From Eukaryota sp. TZLM1-RC (taxonomy: Eukaryota > Protista > Metamonada: BaSk clade), in the NCBI GenBank assembly GCA_040285825.1, contig JAUPSS010000004.1, positions 930,001-994,000 of the forward strand: a DNA stretch of 64,000 bases. Direction: 5' to 3'. Shown here one piece after another: positions 1-12,098 of this stretch; the stretch's first letter is position 1, and every line of letters begins with the position of its first letter. The notes beneath the pieces are model-generated. The model made no database searches, was not told where the DNA came from, and was given only the letters and a program-made list of their open reading frames with translations. Position numbers and translations under genes: made by a program.

Positions 1-287
1 ATTAGAGGAAAATGAAAAAGTGGCGACAATTTGAAGTAGAAATGTTTTCGCAAAACTATCTTTTTTGATTGTAAGGTATGGAAAGTTAAAATTTGAATCA
101 TCCACAAAGTCCAATTGTTCCACAAATTCCTCATCTTCTTTCCCCTTTCGATTGACCTTGCTGACGTCATCATTTTGACTGTGTATGGGTAACGATTGTG
201 TAGTTTCCGATACTTGACGAGAACAAACTAGAGGAGCACAACGTTCCATAAAAGAACTATAACTAATCACTGGAATATCATCGTCAA

Positions 288-309
288 GGTTAGGGTTAGG
301 GTTAGGGTT
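288..309 (+). repeat. (TTAGGG)3 telomere-like run encoding NPNPNPN on the minus strand; a shorter run lies at 1833-1848
   Basis: ggttagggttagggttagggtt read directly. Confidence 0.8.
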
Positions 310-470
310 GGTATCAGAAATTTGTGGATCGGAAACCATGGAGTCAAGTTGGCAATCACCATTGTCGACTTGGGAGTAACAAAAGCTACCCCCCTCTGCA
401 ATCAAATCTTCATCACTATCATCATCAACAATGCTGACGTCATCGTGATCCCCACTTGTAACCTCACTCG

Positions 471-504
471 TCACCGCATCCTGACACGTGTCAGGATGCG
501 GTGA
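471..504. repeat. Perfect 34-bp palindrome
   Basis: tcaccgcatcctgacac|gtgtcaggatgcggtga; ORFs on both strands end in HRILTRVRMR*. Confidence 0.95.
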
Positions 505-2300
505 TTGAACAGCTCACTACGTCGAGGTTGGGGAACAAGGCCAAATTTTGAAAATTCTTGTCGTACTTGGATAACAACATCGTGAAGTTCCTGAAGCCAA
601 AAAAGTGACAAGAAATAGGGTAATTCTTCAATAATTTCTTGGGGATTTTCTAAATTATCAATAATATAACCCTTCTTCTTGATGAACCACAGATAAGCAT
701 CAACCCCAGCAACTAGATCAGACCTCGATCCACCAGAAAAATTCAATAATGATTTCATACCGGCAGCTGGATTACCCATTGGTGTCTTGATTGGACACTT
801 TCGGTCAGATATACAAGCAGCAATGATGGCGTATTCACCCAACCCCAAACAACAGCCATAAAAGGCCATTTTAGCAGCCTTAATTGATAGGGGCACTGAT
901 AAAACAACTCTTCCCATTGAAAAAGTGTATGGGAGTTTTGGGTAAGGTCAGAATTTTCGTTGACAATAACCCCTTCCCTAATTAAAACATTATAAGCTTG
1001 CGAAACACGATTGAGATAAGGGGTGCAGGCAAGGATTGTAGTAGCTGTTCAGGCTCAATTACCCCTATATTTAAGCAACTCAATACTAAACGTGTTAGCG
1101 AAACTCTGAGCGTCATGGGTTTACTTTCTTCGAGTAGACAATTGTCATACAAAAAATTTGGGATCATTCTAACCACTACCCCAGGCCCCAACCTTTCAAC
1201 TCGACCCTCAAGTTGAGTTAATAACTGTTTCGACGCCCAGGTTTCCACTAGAATGTCGTTCCGCTCAGCTTCTTTATACCAAACTTCCTTATGAACACAC
1301 GTGTCGATTACGATATTAATGTCAGGAATTGTAAGCGAAGACTCTGCGATATTTGTTGCTAAAATAACCTTTACTCTGTTTCTTCTTCTTTTTGATTTAG
1401 GCTTTAAGGCCTTTTCATTATCTTTCGAAGACAAACTGGAGTGAAGCATGCAAACGTCAATTTTGCCAGCGATTGGTGACGTGGCAAAGGCATCTGCAAG
1501 CTCATTAATGATACCCATTCCAGGTAAAAAGATCAGAATTCCATTGACTTTATGGAAATGTCGAGAAAATAATTTTTTCTTAATTATGCCCTCTACAAAG
1601 GTAGGTAATTGCTGACGAATTTCAAAATTACATCGAACAGGGACAGAAGGGTCTGAAAAAAATTGAAATTCCGAATTATCATAGGTGAAATATCGTCCAA
1701 AAAGGGAATCATCCAAATAATACCTGAAAATTTCAAATTTACGACCAGAAACTTGTACACTTGTGTGCAATCGTGAGGGAATATTTGAATAAAACTTACC
1801 AAACTGCTCCTCAGACTCTGACCCCAACATACGGTTAGGGTTAGGGTTGAAATTTGAAACGTATTGATCTGCGTATAAATCTGCCAAATTACTTGTGGGC
1901 AAAGTGGCAGACATGAACACATTTCTTGATGGTTTTTTCGCCAATAAGAACTTACACAAAGTCAAACAAAGTTCACCATCAACGTCACGATTATGGACCT
2001 CATCAAAAATCAAAACATCAATTTGATTGCTTCCATTTTGGTCGCTCAAAATTGACTTTAAAAGACCCTGACACACCCCATTCGTCACAAATTTAATCCT
2101 ACAATCAGATGTGAAACAAGCATCCCCTCCGATATGATACCCAATTAGAGAAGGAAAAAGGAGTCCCCATTCATTGGAAACTCTTCTAGCTAGAGTGTAG
2201 CAAGGAACTCTTTGTTGTTGGGAGACGACTATATGGGGTAGAGGAACATTGGATTCAGCAGCATCGTCAAGAATCATTTTGGCTAGTTGGGTTGATTTTC

Positions 2301-2505
2301 CTATTGTTAGTTTGTTTAAAAAAAGATGGGAATGGAAAATTCAACAACTTAAATGAAATAGAATAACAACTCGGGATTCATATAAATGTTGGGTCATTAT
2401 TACCGGAATATGGTCCACACAATAAAAAAACCAAGTAATTTCAACTAAAACAACATTTAATTCAAATAATTTGGTAAGACCAAATCCCACACTAACTCAA
2501 CATAC
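2301..2505 (-). other. Spliceosomal intron, 205 nt, phase 1
   Basis: Donor GTATGT at 2505-2500; branch point and acceptor ACTAACAATAG ending at 2301. Splicing restores GSGKST. Confidence 0.85.
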
Positions 2506-2844
2506 CAGAACCAATTTCAGCAGCAATAGTAAAAATGATTTACTGAGGCTCATATGAAGTTCCTTGTTTCGTATATTGCCCAATGGTTGTTTATTACAAT
2601 CATTGATCAAATCTTTAAAGTCCATTTTGGGACAATTATTATAACAATTGTGTTGTCAAAGTCCGTGCTATGGTCATTTGTGTAGTCATTGGTATGATTG
2701 ATTGAATGATTTTCGATTTGGAATCTAAGTGCCACTTTTGCAAGGGCTCATCTTTAACAATGATCGTCTTGAAAAAAAGGGAAGAAGCAAAGCATCACTT
2801 ATTTATTATAACATTTATTAAATACACCCAGTCATATGAAAATT

Positions 2845-3305
2845 ACTAATGAAAACACATTTGGTGACAAAATACTTTGAAATACAAAACAACCTAATAA
2901 CTTGCATGGATGTTGATTAGAGCCATATCTGTTTTTAGTAACCCCTTCCAACTCCACTACATTAATACAGACGACTGGTGAACAAATAAAATTATCTATA
3001 AGGGACTGTAAACTGTATAACGCTGACGATACTAACGATGTTGAGTTACTTAGGGTATTCGCAGATAGTGATTCAGGTAAACATGTCATCGAAGAAATCT
3101 TTAGCGAGTGTAATACTGCTCAAGGAACCTTCTGTACTGAGAAATGGTTTGGTGGAGATACTACCGATGAACCACTCCATTCTATAAGATACTCAGAAGT
3201 GTATCAACGATTTGATAAGAAACCAAAAGAAGATAACGAAAAATCTATTGAATCCAACAACGCAGCTCGCCCTCGCCCCGTGCCTCAGCAAAAGCGTCAT
3301 CCGTT
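2845..3305 (+). mobile_element. Decayed Ty3/Gypsy integrase C-terminus and chromodomain-like tail
   Basis: Collinear nucleotide similarity to ~46860-47325 (e.g. gattcaggtaaacatgtcatcgaagaaatc; tggtttggtggaga). Confidence 0.85.
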
Positions 3306-3340
3306 TTTGCTAAATCTTTGCTAAATCTTTGCTAAATCTT
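3306..3340. repeat. Tandem (TTTGCTAAATC)x3 at the duplication breakpoint
   Basis: Read directly. Confidence 0.9.
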
Positions 3341-3362
3341 CCAGTTTTGCGGACGCTCTAAG

Positions 3363-3605
3363 TCACCATATAGCATATCTAGAGTCGCCACCTAGCTTAA
3401 CAACCTCAACATTTGGGAAAAATGATAATAATTGTGGATCATAATCAACTTCATCATAGTAAACATCAAGTTTTTTAATTCTAGTATTAATTACTTTGAG
3501 GCCAATATAATCAGCAGATATTTGAAATTTTAAATCACAAATACTTTCGTTTAAATTTAAATCTTGAGGATCTTTTAAAAACAACTTCTTTTGAATTGTA
3601 TGATC
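3363..3605 (-). pseudogene. C-terminal fragment of the RCC1-repeat gene family
   Basis: FLKDPQDLNLNESICDLKF..INTRIKK matches the end of ORF 30010-30390. Confidence 0.75.
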
Positions 3606-4610
3606 ATTGATTAAGTCTTTTCTTTTTCTTAATGTATCACACCTTTCTTGAAATCCTTCTCATGACTATCGTTCTTCCTCGTCATGCTATAGATTCACAC
3701 TATAGATACATTAAAATAAAGATAGGTTAAGTCTCATCACATTTTTAATTGAAATCTCAGGGCCAGTATTAAACATTCCGCTTATATCTCATCTGGAAGC
3801 ACATTCTGGCGAAGGAAACAGCTGTCTTTCAGTGATACAACATGACTGTTCAATTAAAGATGAAGAATTGGTTAGACATTGATTCGATCTGAAGCAAATC
3901 TGTTTTGTATAATAAATAGATTATAATTCTGTTTATTACTCAATAATCAGGTTGTTGTTGCTGTTAAATGATATCGTATTTGATCCTGGTTGCGACACTG
4001 GTCTTGTATCTGAATGAATAGACCAACAGACATTTCATATAGTATTTTCGTTCATTTGTCAGATATCAGTAACGATTACACGTGGAAGTCCCATTGTAAT
4101 GAGTGGCTGAGTGCAATTTACTTTAATGATGATTTAAGTGGTAAATTGAATCACATTGGCGAAAACCTCACCTTGTTTGATCATAGGAACATTATCATAA
4201 ACAAATTATTATTGAACAAATCAGTTTAACTGAAATACAGTCTTTTCTAGAACCAAGCAAAAGCAGCTTCGCACAGTAAGAATTGGTTATGAGTGTGTAG
4301 GATTTTGGTTTGGGACTTCAATTCTGACAAATTTGAAAGAGCCATCTTGACTCAACTCAGCTCATGTTTGCTAAACGATAAGCTTGATGGACAGCCCATT
4401 TCTGAGTACACCATGTGAACGTCGAGTTGAAGCTAATAGAAAAAAAGAGCAACAATTGAAATGCAGCTTAACTGAATGTTCTGTTCACAATAAGCATGAA
4501 ATTCATGTGTCTTTTTGATTTCAGACTCATTGACTCCTCATTTGGTATGTAAGAAGTCCCTCAAATAAACTCTCATGAAGAAGTGGGGTTGAAATTCTTT
4601 TGATATGCTC

Positions 4611-4988
4611 TCACACTGTATCTATTGGTATGTTTGTTTCAATTAGTTCGTCATAAATGGCCTTTTTATCATCTTGTATTATCTTATGTAGCACAAATAC
4701 TCCACTAATAAGGTTAACTGGTTCTACAGCAAATAGCTTTTGACATTGTTTTGACATTTTTGATTTGGTCTGCATCGAATGAATGTACATATCTCTGTTA
4801 AACTTTGGTTTCCTTATTGAATGGGATCTAACCCCACAAGAGCATCCTTTGCATATAGTTTTCATCAATACTTTCTGATGGACCATTGTTATGATTCTTT
4901 TGTTTTTCTTAAAAGAGGGGACATCTGTTTTTTCATTCCACATAAATGCCAGAAGTAAATGACTTGGTTCCACGTCATCAAAATACAT
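4611..4988 (-). pseudogene. Unknown ORF fragment inside the duplicated block; partial third copy at ~27170-27335
   Basis: 125-aa ORF present twice; no family recognised. Confidence 0.3.
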
Positions 4989-6274
4989 TATTGCTTACGC
5001 TTTGCTTGACACCAATGGTGTCCAGGTTTTGTAATTCAGTTAGAGGTGTTTTGTTCATCTAGGTGTTGGTGTTATCTTTATTGGTGAATTTTTCGGGTGT
5101 CTTTGGTGCCTCCGTACTGGTATGTTAGGACATTCAATTATATTTGTCACTTCGATTCGCACTGCAAATTTTCTTTTTTACAACCTTTGTAGTGTGTTAG
5201 GGGTTCTACAATCGAATGGTTTTTTCTAGAGAATCTTTTAGTTCAATTACATTCAATCTTCTTCTAAACACTATAATATAATCTATTATTGTTTATGGCC
5301 TTATTTAGTGTCTTTCTTTGATAAACACCTGTTTAAAATGAATAAATTTAAAGACAACTTGTTCAATGACACCAGATTCCTATAAATAATAAGTACAAAT
5401 AACAGACTTTTTGACAGAAAATTTGTTAGTAGCAGAATAAAAATAACCAAGAACAGAAACTACAAGCCACTAAACAACATCTATTACTGAAAAAGGAAGA
5501 AACACTGATGAAATAAACCAATATATGAATTATTCAAAGCAACCCACTTGTTCTGTCACATTGTGCTTGTTGAGAAGCAGTAATCCTCCACCAGTTGTAA
5601 AAAACAATTATTCAACAAATAGAATCAACAGCTATAATGTTACTTATTGAAGAAAGAATAAAGCTAAAACTGTTGATCAAAACTGTTGCTTGGAATGTTG
5701 GACAGAAGATATTTACCATGTTTTGAAAACAAATTTTCAAAAAACACCCTCTTCTAAGTTTAATGCATTAAAAGTTAAAAAAATTCCAACAATTGTAGAT
5801 AATTTTAAGTTATGTCCTAACAGTAGTCATTCCCATTTCTGTTTTAGAATTTTTTCATAATGATATCACCATTGTTTAATTGATTATTATGTTACATTGC
5901 ATTGGTTGACCTCTTTTTATTGTACATATCTGGTATTTTGCATAATCCAAAAAACAAAACGAGATCAGTTTTACACATGAAAAACTTAACATGTATTCTT
6001 TCAGGGATTTGTTGCAGTAATTTTAGTAACCCTTAAATTTAATAGTTTACATTAAAGTTAAAGTGTCGGAAATATACAATAAAATAACACAATTTTTGAA
6101 CCAATTGCTAATCAAAAATTCTAATTTCAATTTGAGAATTATGAAAGTTTAAATATTAGCTGTCAAATAGAAAAGGTCTTGATTGAAATGATCTCAAACC
6201 TTACATTCAATGAACAAAAAGTTTGATGTCAAGAACTTAAAAAAATCAAATTTAAAACCAAAACATTGCTTTTT

Positions 6275-8259
6275 TTTTTATTATTTATTTTTATTCAACA
6301 ACAAATATGAAATACACAATTAAAACTCCACATCCTCAAAACCTGCCTCCCCTACATCAAAACAATTAATCGCCAAAGATTCAGAAAATTTCCCAAAAGA
6401 AGATAGTGAATCAGAAATTAGTGTTACCATTCCCTTAAAAATAGAAAATACAATCCTGTTTTGCCAGTAAACACGATTGAAAATTCTTCCAGTTCTTTCC
6501 TTTACAACTACAATAAAATCCTCAAGGAAAGCCATAGCAGCCTTACCTAGAGATCCAAGCAAAGAAAAAACAAATGGACATAAATTATATTGGGCATGAG
6601 AATTTTCATTAACCGAGGAAATGGGTTTCGCATATTTAGCAATTTTATATTTTTCGCCTGCAAGAAGAGGATTATTTACATCCGAGTTAATGAAATGTTT
6701 GTTAGAGGAATTACAAGGGTCAATAGACATGGCGTCCAAAATAGTAAAACTACCATTTAAACCAGGAACAACTAGATCACCTCTAGTCAGACCCATAGAA
6801 GCTCTGTTGTAACGCGTACTATCAATATTGGGATCATCAAGAATTAATTTTGATAACAGCGGTTCTAAAAAGGAATCTACACGATATGATTTGCACATTA
6901 CATAAATTTGGTCCCTGACGTTATTATGCACTTTGCTTCTAAACGTAATGAAATGTTTACAGTTCAAAAGATGAGTAAACAAAAGAGGTTTACCACATTT
7001 ACAAGTTAAATGATTGGGCAAATTGTTTGGCCACAGAAAACAACGAAAACGCATGTTTAGAAGCCATTCATTGTCTTTTAACAAGAGTCCATAAACAGAG
7101 GGAACTTGAGTTACTAAAGCAGCAGCTGAACTATCACGAATATCCTTTAAAAAATTACCGAAAGCGGGATTTTTAGTTTTGGCCAAGCCAAGTCTTACTT
7201 CATAATCCAAGCCTTCATATAATTTAACCAGATGGTGCTGAAGCTTTTTCAAGCAAAAACGTAAATTTGGAAGTGATCGAGTGGGAATTTCTTGAACATT
7301 TTGAGGAAAACACTGAATCCAGATATCACTAGGCAAATTTTCTAATTCAAATTGCAGTTGATTCAAGTAAAAATTTGATTCACCATTGATCAGATGAACA
7401 TCAAAAGGGAACCTTTGGAAAAATTCAAAAACAAAATTTTTACCACCTCCCAAAAATGCTGCTTTACACAGAATCGAAGATTTGGTGAATCCAATTCCAC
7501 CCAAATCTGCTGAACAAAATACATGACTTCGAATTAAAGATTCATTTACTTCTAATAAAGAAGAAAAAAATTTGACTCGAAGTTTGTTAAAAGATCTGCA
7601 AAAATTGAGAGATACCGAAGGAGGAGTTGACCTTAAAATATGAGTGAATTTTCCAGAATAACAAATTTTTAAAATAAAAAATTTGATGTGTTTCTCAATG
7701 TCACATTCAGCAATAAAACTAAGATCCTTGTCAAAACTTCTCCAATAAATTGTTTAACTGGAAATAAATTTCATCCAAATTGCCAAGCCAACATCCAAGA
7801 AACTTAAAAGCTTGTTGGTCATAATTGATAAAAGGAATCTGAGCTCCCCCAATCATCAAATATTGTTTTTCTCTACCAATCAAGAGACATTTAGATGGGT
7901 TCAAAGCTAAACCAATTTCTTTGTATTTCGCCGCAATGTTTTCAGAAACCCTAGAAATGCTTTCAAAAGAACCAATAATAGAAATGTCATCCATATAGGC
8001 AACAATACGCAAATCAGGGAAATCTTGTTGTGTCATTTTAATGATATTATGAATAGCCAAACAAAACAGCAAAGGGCCAAGAGGATCACCTTGTTTCACA
8101 CCAGAAGAAGATTCAAGGGTAAAGGAGTCAAAAATTAAGTCTGATTTTTTTCCATAAAATAAATAAAAATATGCAGAAAGTTCAGGAAAATCATGAAGAA
8201 GCACATCAAAAATACAATTACGTTTCACAGAATTGAAAGCATTTTTGAAATCCAAATTG
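6275..8259 (-). mobile_element. 5'-truncated CRE-like (RLE) non-LTR retrotransposon, family A, with A tail and ~14-bp target-site duplication (TSD)
   Basis: DFKNAFN, QGDPLGPLLF, YMDD, FLG, GGIG, CxC..HLLNC..R..H, RGD..D..EKYK endonuclease motifs. One frameshift near 7733. TSD aaacattgcttttt at 6261-6274 and 8260-8273. Confidence 0.95.
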
Positions 8260-8334
8260 AAACATTGCTTTTTGAATTAAATTTTTGTTGGAATTTTCCA
8301 GGCAAATGTTGCAAAGTACACAACATTGAATCTT

Positions 8335-10065
8335 ACGATGTTGAAGATAGTAGGATACATGGATGATATCTCAATTATTGGTCCATTAAATGTTTTAAAT
8401 GAAATAACTTCTGAAGCCTCATTGTTTTACAGAGATATTGGTCTTTTGCTTAGTGCCGACAAATGTATTCTCATAGGAAAGTTAAAAGAAACATTAACCA
8501 TTGATGGAGTTGAAATTCCTTTTCTTAACTATTCCTCAGATGGTTTTCGTGTCCTAGGATGCTGGCTTGGAAATGTTCCAAAAATTACTGAAGACTTGAA
8601 TAATCTTTTAATTAAATTTGGTTCTGAACTTGACACAATTTCGTCATTTGAAATAAAGAAAAATATTCAGTTTTTTATTTTAAAAATTTTCTACTCCGGT
8701 AAAATTATTCACATATTAAGAACAACATCTCCTGATATTTCATGCGAGTTTTGCTGCTCATTTAATTATTTGAGAACAAAATTTTTGCATCTTTGATTGA
8801 CGTCAATCCTGAACTAATTCGAAGTCATGTTTTTTATCATCTAATTTTGGTGTAATTTATTTCACTAAATCGTCTTTTTCTGTCAGGCTGCTTTTTTGGT
8901 GGAGGAAAAAAATTTGTTTTTGAATTTTGCAACCGCTGTCCCATTGATGTTCATTTTCTGAATTTTACACGCAAAATTTTCTTAGAGACCTACAAAATAG
9001 TCTTGCTTGTTTGCCGTCTGAAATCTTGAGTAAATTTTTTCCAGACAATGTGCAGAAAATACCATCTAGAACACTAGTCAATCGGAGGTTTTGTGGTAAA
9101 AAATTGCAACACAAGTTAACAATAATTTTTCAAGGCTTGCATTTCAATGTTCTTTTTGGCTCGGCCCAAATCAATAATCATGTTTTCGCAAATTTTTTGT
9201 CAGATACTCAACACAGTTCCTCTTTGTGTATAATTACTCAGATTCCTCAAATATTTGGTCTTCTTTCAAATAATACCGAATCTTCTTGTACAATGCTCCT
9301 TCGTTGTTCTGTTTGGCCTGATAACGTGCCTCATTATTAGATTTGTAAATGTGGATCAAAAATTTTTCCAAATCATTTATTCAATTGTAAACATTTTATT
9401 ACTTTCCGATCAAAAGTTCATGATGTGGTAAGAGATCAATTCTATTGTATGTCAAAATCTCATAGAATTGTTTCCTATTTAGAACCATTACCTTACCATT
9501 TGGTTGATGAAGATACTTTGAATTCTTTTGGTCGAAATAGAGGTGGTTAAATGCTTGTAGGTCTTGAAGGTACTACCATTATTACAGATGTGAGCTCCAC
9601 TGATGTCTGTAATGATTCTTTTATTATAATGGCTTAGTCAAAATGTAGAGACCGCTTAACTGTTTCCCAAAAAGCCAAAATTGACAAATATAAAGCAAAA
9701 TTGTTGTCCTTGAATGCAGAATCGCATACTCATTATGTCCTCTGACCATTTGCAGTTTCTTTTTATGGAACTTTTGGACCTCTGACTTTATCTTTTCTGG
9801 ATGATTTTGTTGAAATTGTGAAACAACGTACTGAAAGAGTTTTTGAAAAGAGTTTTTGGCCAAACAGAATAGTATTTGCGATTTTCAAAGGTGTTGTTCC
9901 CTTATTATCTTCACCTTTGTTATCTCTTGGACGCTTTTATGAAAGAACAACTTTCAGTCAATTCTTCCTGGTTGATTTGTTTTAAGAGGACATAGAATTT
10001 TAACCTTGTACTATAGTTTGTTGTTGTTGAAATAAAGAAATAAAAGTTTATAAAAAAGAAAAAAT
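8335..10065 (+). mobile_element. Degenerate 5'-truncated CRE-like element related to family A
   Basis: YMDDISI, LGCWLG, CKHFITFRSKVHD; many stops and frameshifts; A-rich end. Confidence 0.9.
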
Positions 10066-11134
10066 CTAGTTTCATCAAATTTGATCCCATCAGTGCTGAT
10101 CTTATGTTAATATGTGTTGTAGTTTGATTAAATACACACTTTATAGATATCCCTTCAACATTTGATAATTGTTTTTCTGCAATCGACACTTTAAATCAAA
10201 ACACCTAACTGCTGATGATTTTATTGAATTCAAAGCAAAAAGCACAAAAATTTTTAAGAATATTGCTGAAGCAAATGCTGGAAGGAATTGACAAGATTTT
10301 TACTTTTCCATTTTTATAAACCAAAAACAGTGAATTGAAGAGTTGTAGGCAAATCTCTGTGTTATTTAGAAAACTTCAACATTGAATTTAATGATTAACT
10401 TATTAGAAGTGATGTCATAATGATATAAGATAGTCAGCTAAAATGGATGTAAAACTACAATGTTTTTATGATGTGGGGTTAATTATTTGAAACGGACGCA
10501 GAATTAACATACAAGAATTTCATATTTGATCACGCAAAATCATTGTATGGTCAAAACAGTACAATTACCGCAAATCAGTGAAGACAAAAGAAGATTTTTA
10601 ATGACATTGGTGTTTTAGTTAAAGGTCAACGTGAAGAACATAAAAATAAATGTTTCAAATTTACTTTTACATTTCTGAACGAGAATGAAAATTGATATCA
10701 AGGTGTTCAATTGTAAAATATTTCACACAAAAAATGTGCTTTTTTACACATATAAGATCAGTCGTGTTTTTCTTGACCAAATCAATTATTAACCACAATG
10801 TCATTGTTACAATCTTAAAATATTGACTCAAATATAAAGTAGTAAAGACTATGAAATCGAATCCGGAATTTTATATGATGAAGAATATTGAATTCAAAAA
10901 TGGAACACACATCTTTATTGTAACAATTGAATTGAATAAATTGTTTTATTCAAGACTGATAGGATTTCTCCAAAAAATTACATTCACTTTCACCAATATT
11001 TGCTGCTCAATTTATGTTTTATTTACTTTATGCTTCTTCACAATATGTTGAAATTTTATTTGAAACTAAGCTGAAGGTATCAGCAATTACATATAAAAAG
11101 TTGTAAAATATGTGATACTTTGAAATGATTGTTC

Positions 11135-12098
11135 ATCTTATTACCATTACCTGGGTAAATATCAATCAAAAATGTCATGAATTCTCTTGAACGTTCTTGA
11201 ATACAAATTGCATGAACGTGTTTTATGATTATCACTGTGTTTTACCCATTATTACGTAGAATAATTTACGTATTATTACCTTTACGTGTCATCTGTAACA
11301 ATAAAGAATAACAAGATGTTTATTAAATTTCATTGGCCCTTATAAAGACCATCACTAGTGAAGTCTATACTAGACTAATTGTCCACAATACAACAATAAT
11401 TGATCATTTTTGTTACAAACGTTTCATTAGTAGCACACAGTGTTAAATCTTCGTGGTACAATTGTAACAAACAGTGAAGACTCTGATGACTGGTTTTCAC
11501 CTTTGTAAATCTTGTTCAGCTGTAGCTTGTTTAAGACCTCCAATACGTGTTCCAGCACAGGTAATTAATCTTTCTTCTATCCCCTTTTCAATTTGTTTGC
11601 TGAAATTTTACCATGAATTAAAAATAAAGAATATGGGATGTCACACCGTTGGGGAAATCTTTCTTCCTTAAAGATAAAAATTATTGTTTTCCAACTTCAA
11701 ATTTCGTCCTTCTATCCTGAAAAAAAAAATTGTTCGCAATTTATCTTTAAAAGGACGTTTTGGTTCCGCTAAGCAATGTTTGTTGTCATCAAAAATTGCT
11801 GAATGTAATGAAAACACTGTTGCTCAGCTTAAAAGTCTCCATCTTTTTGAAGCTTTTAAGTGTGCCAAAATCTGATAATGTCAGTTATTAGAGCGACAAT
11901 CTCCCAATTTACGAATCAAATTTGATTAAAAACAATTACAAGGATCATATCATTCAAAGGTAGAAATTCCAGAAATATGTGAAAATAAATTTTTACATTA
12001 TCTTATTACCATTATCTGATTAAATATCAATCAAAAATGTCATCAATTCTCTTGAACTTTTTTGAATTCAGGTTGCATGAACGTGTTTTATGATCATA
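11135..12098 (+). repeat. ~100-bp diverged direct repeats (11135-11235 and 11999-12098)
   Basis: atcttattaccatta..aaatatcaatcaaaaatgtcat..ttgcatgaacgtgttttatgat in both copies. Confidence 0.75.
11485..11880 (+). mobile_element. N-terminal (pre-RT) fragment of a CRE-like family A element
   Basis: CxxC..RPPIRVP and GRFGSAKQCL..LH match 54590-54950. Confidence 0.8.

Larger units (their letters stand above)
1..2540 (-). pseudogene. DEAH/RHA-family RNA helicase, Spindle-E/TDRD9-like; frameshifted; continues past the window start
   Basis: Spliced Walker A AAEIGSG|KSTQ, DEVH, MSAT, FLPG, LHS, ATNIAESSLTIPD and a degenerate motif VI (QLEGRVER). HA2-like region at 471-917. Frame breaks near 1020, 920 and 490; the frame is then open to position 1. 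Confidence 0.85.
3339..8332 (+). repeat. ~3 kb segmental duplication, copy 1 (interrupted by a retrotransposon at 6275-8259)
   Basis: 3339-6274 plus 8260-8332 are near-identical to 30442-33421; ORFs 4611-4988 and 31699-32076 differ by one residue. Confidence 0.95.

Noticed and set aside
288-309. Chromosome end / true telomere
   Set aside because: Only about three units, internal, and within an open reading frame.
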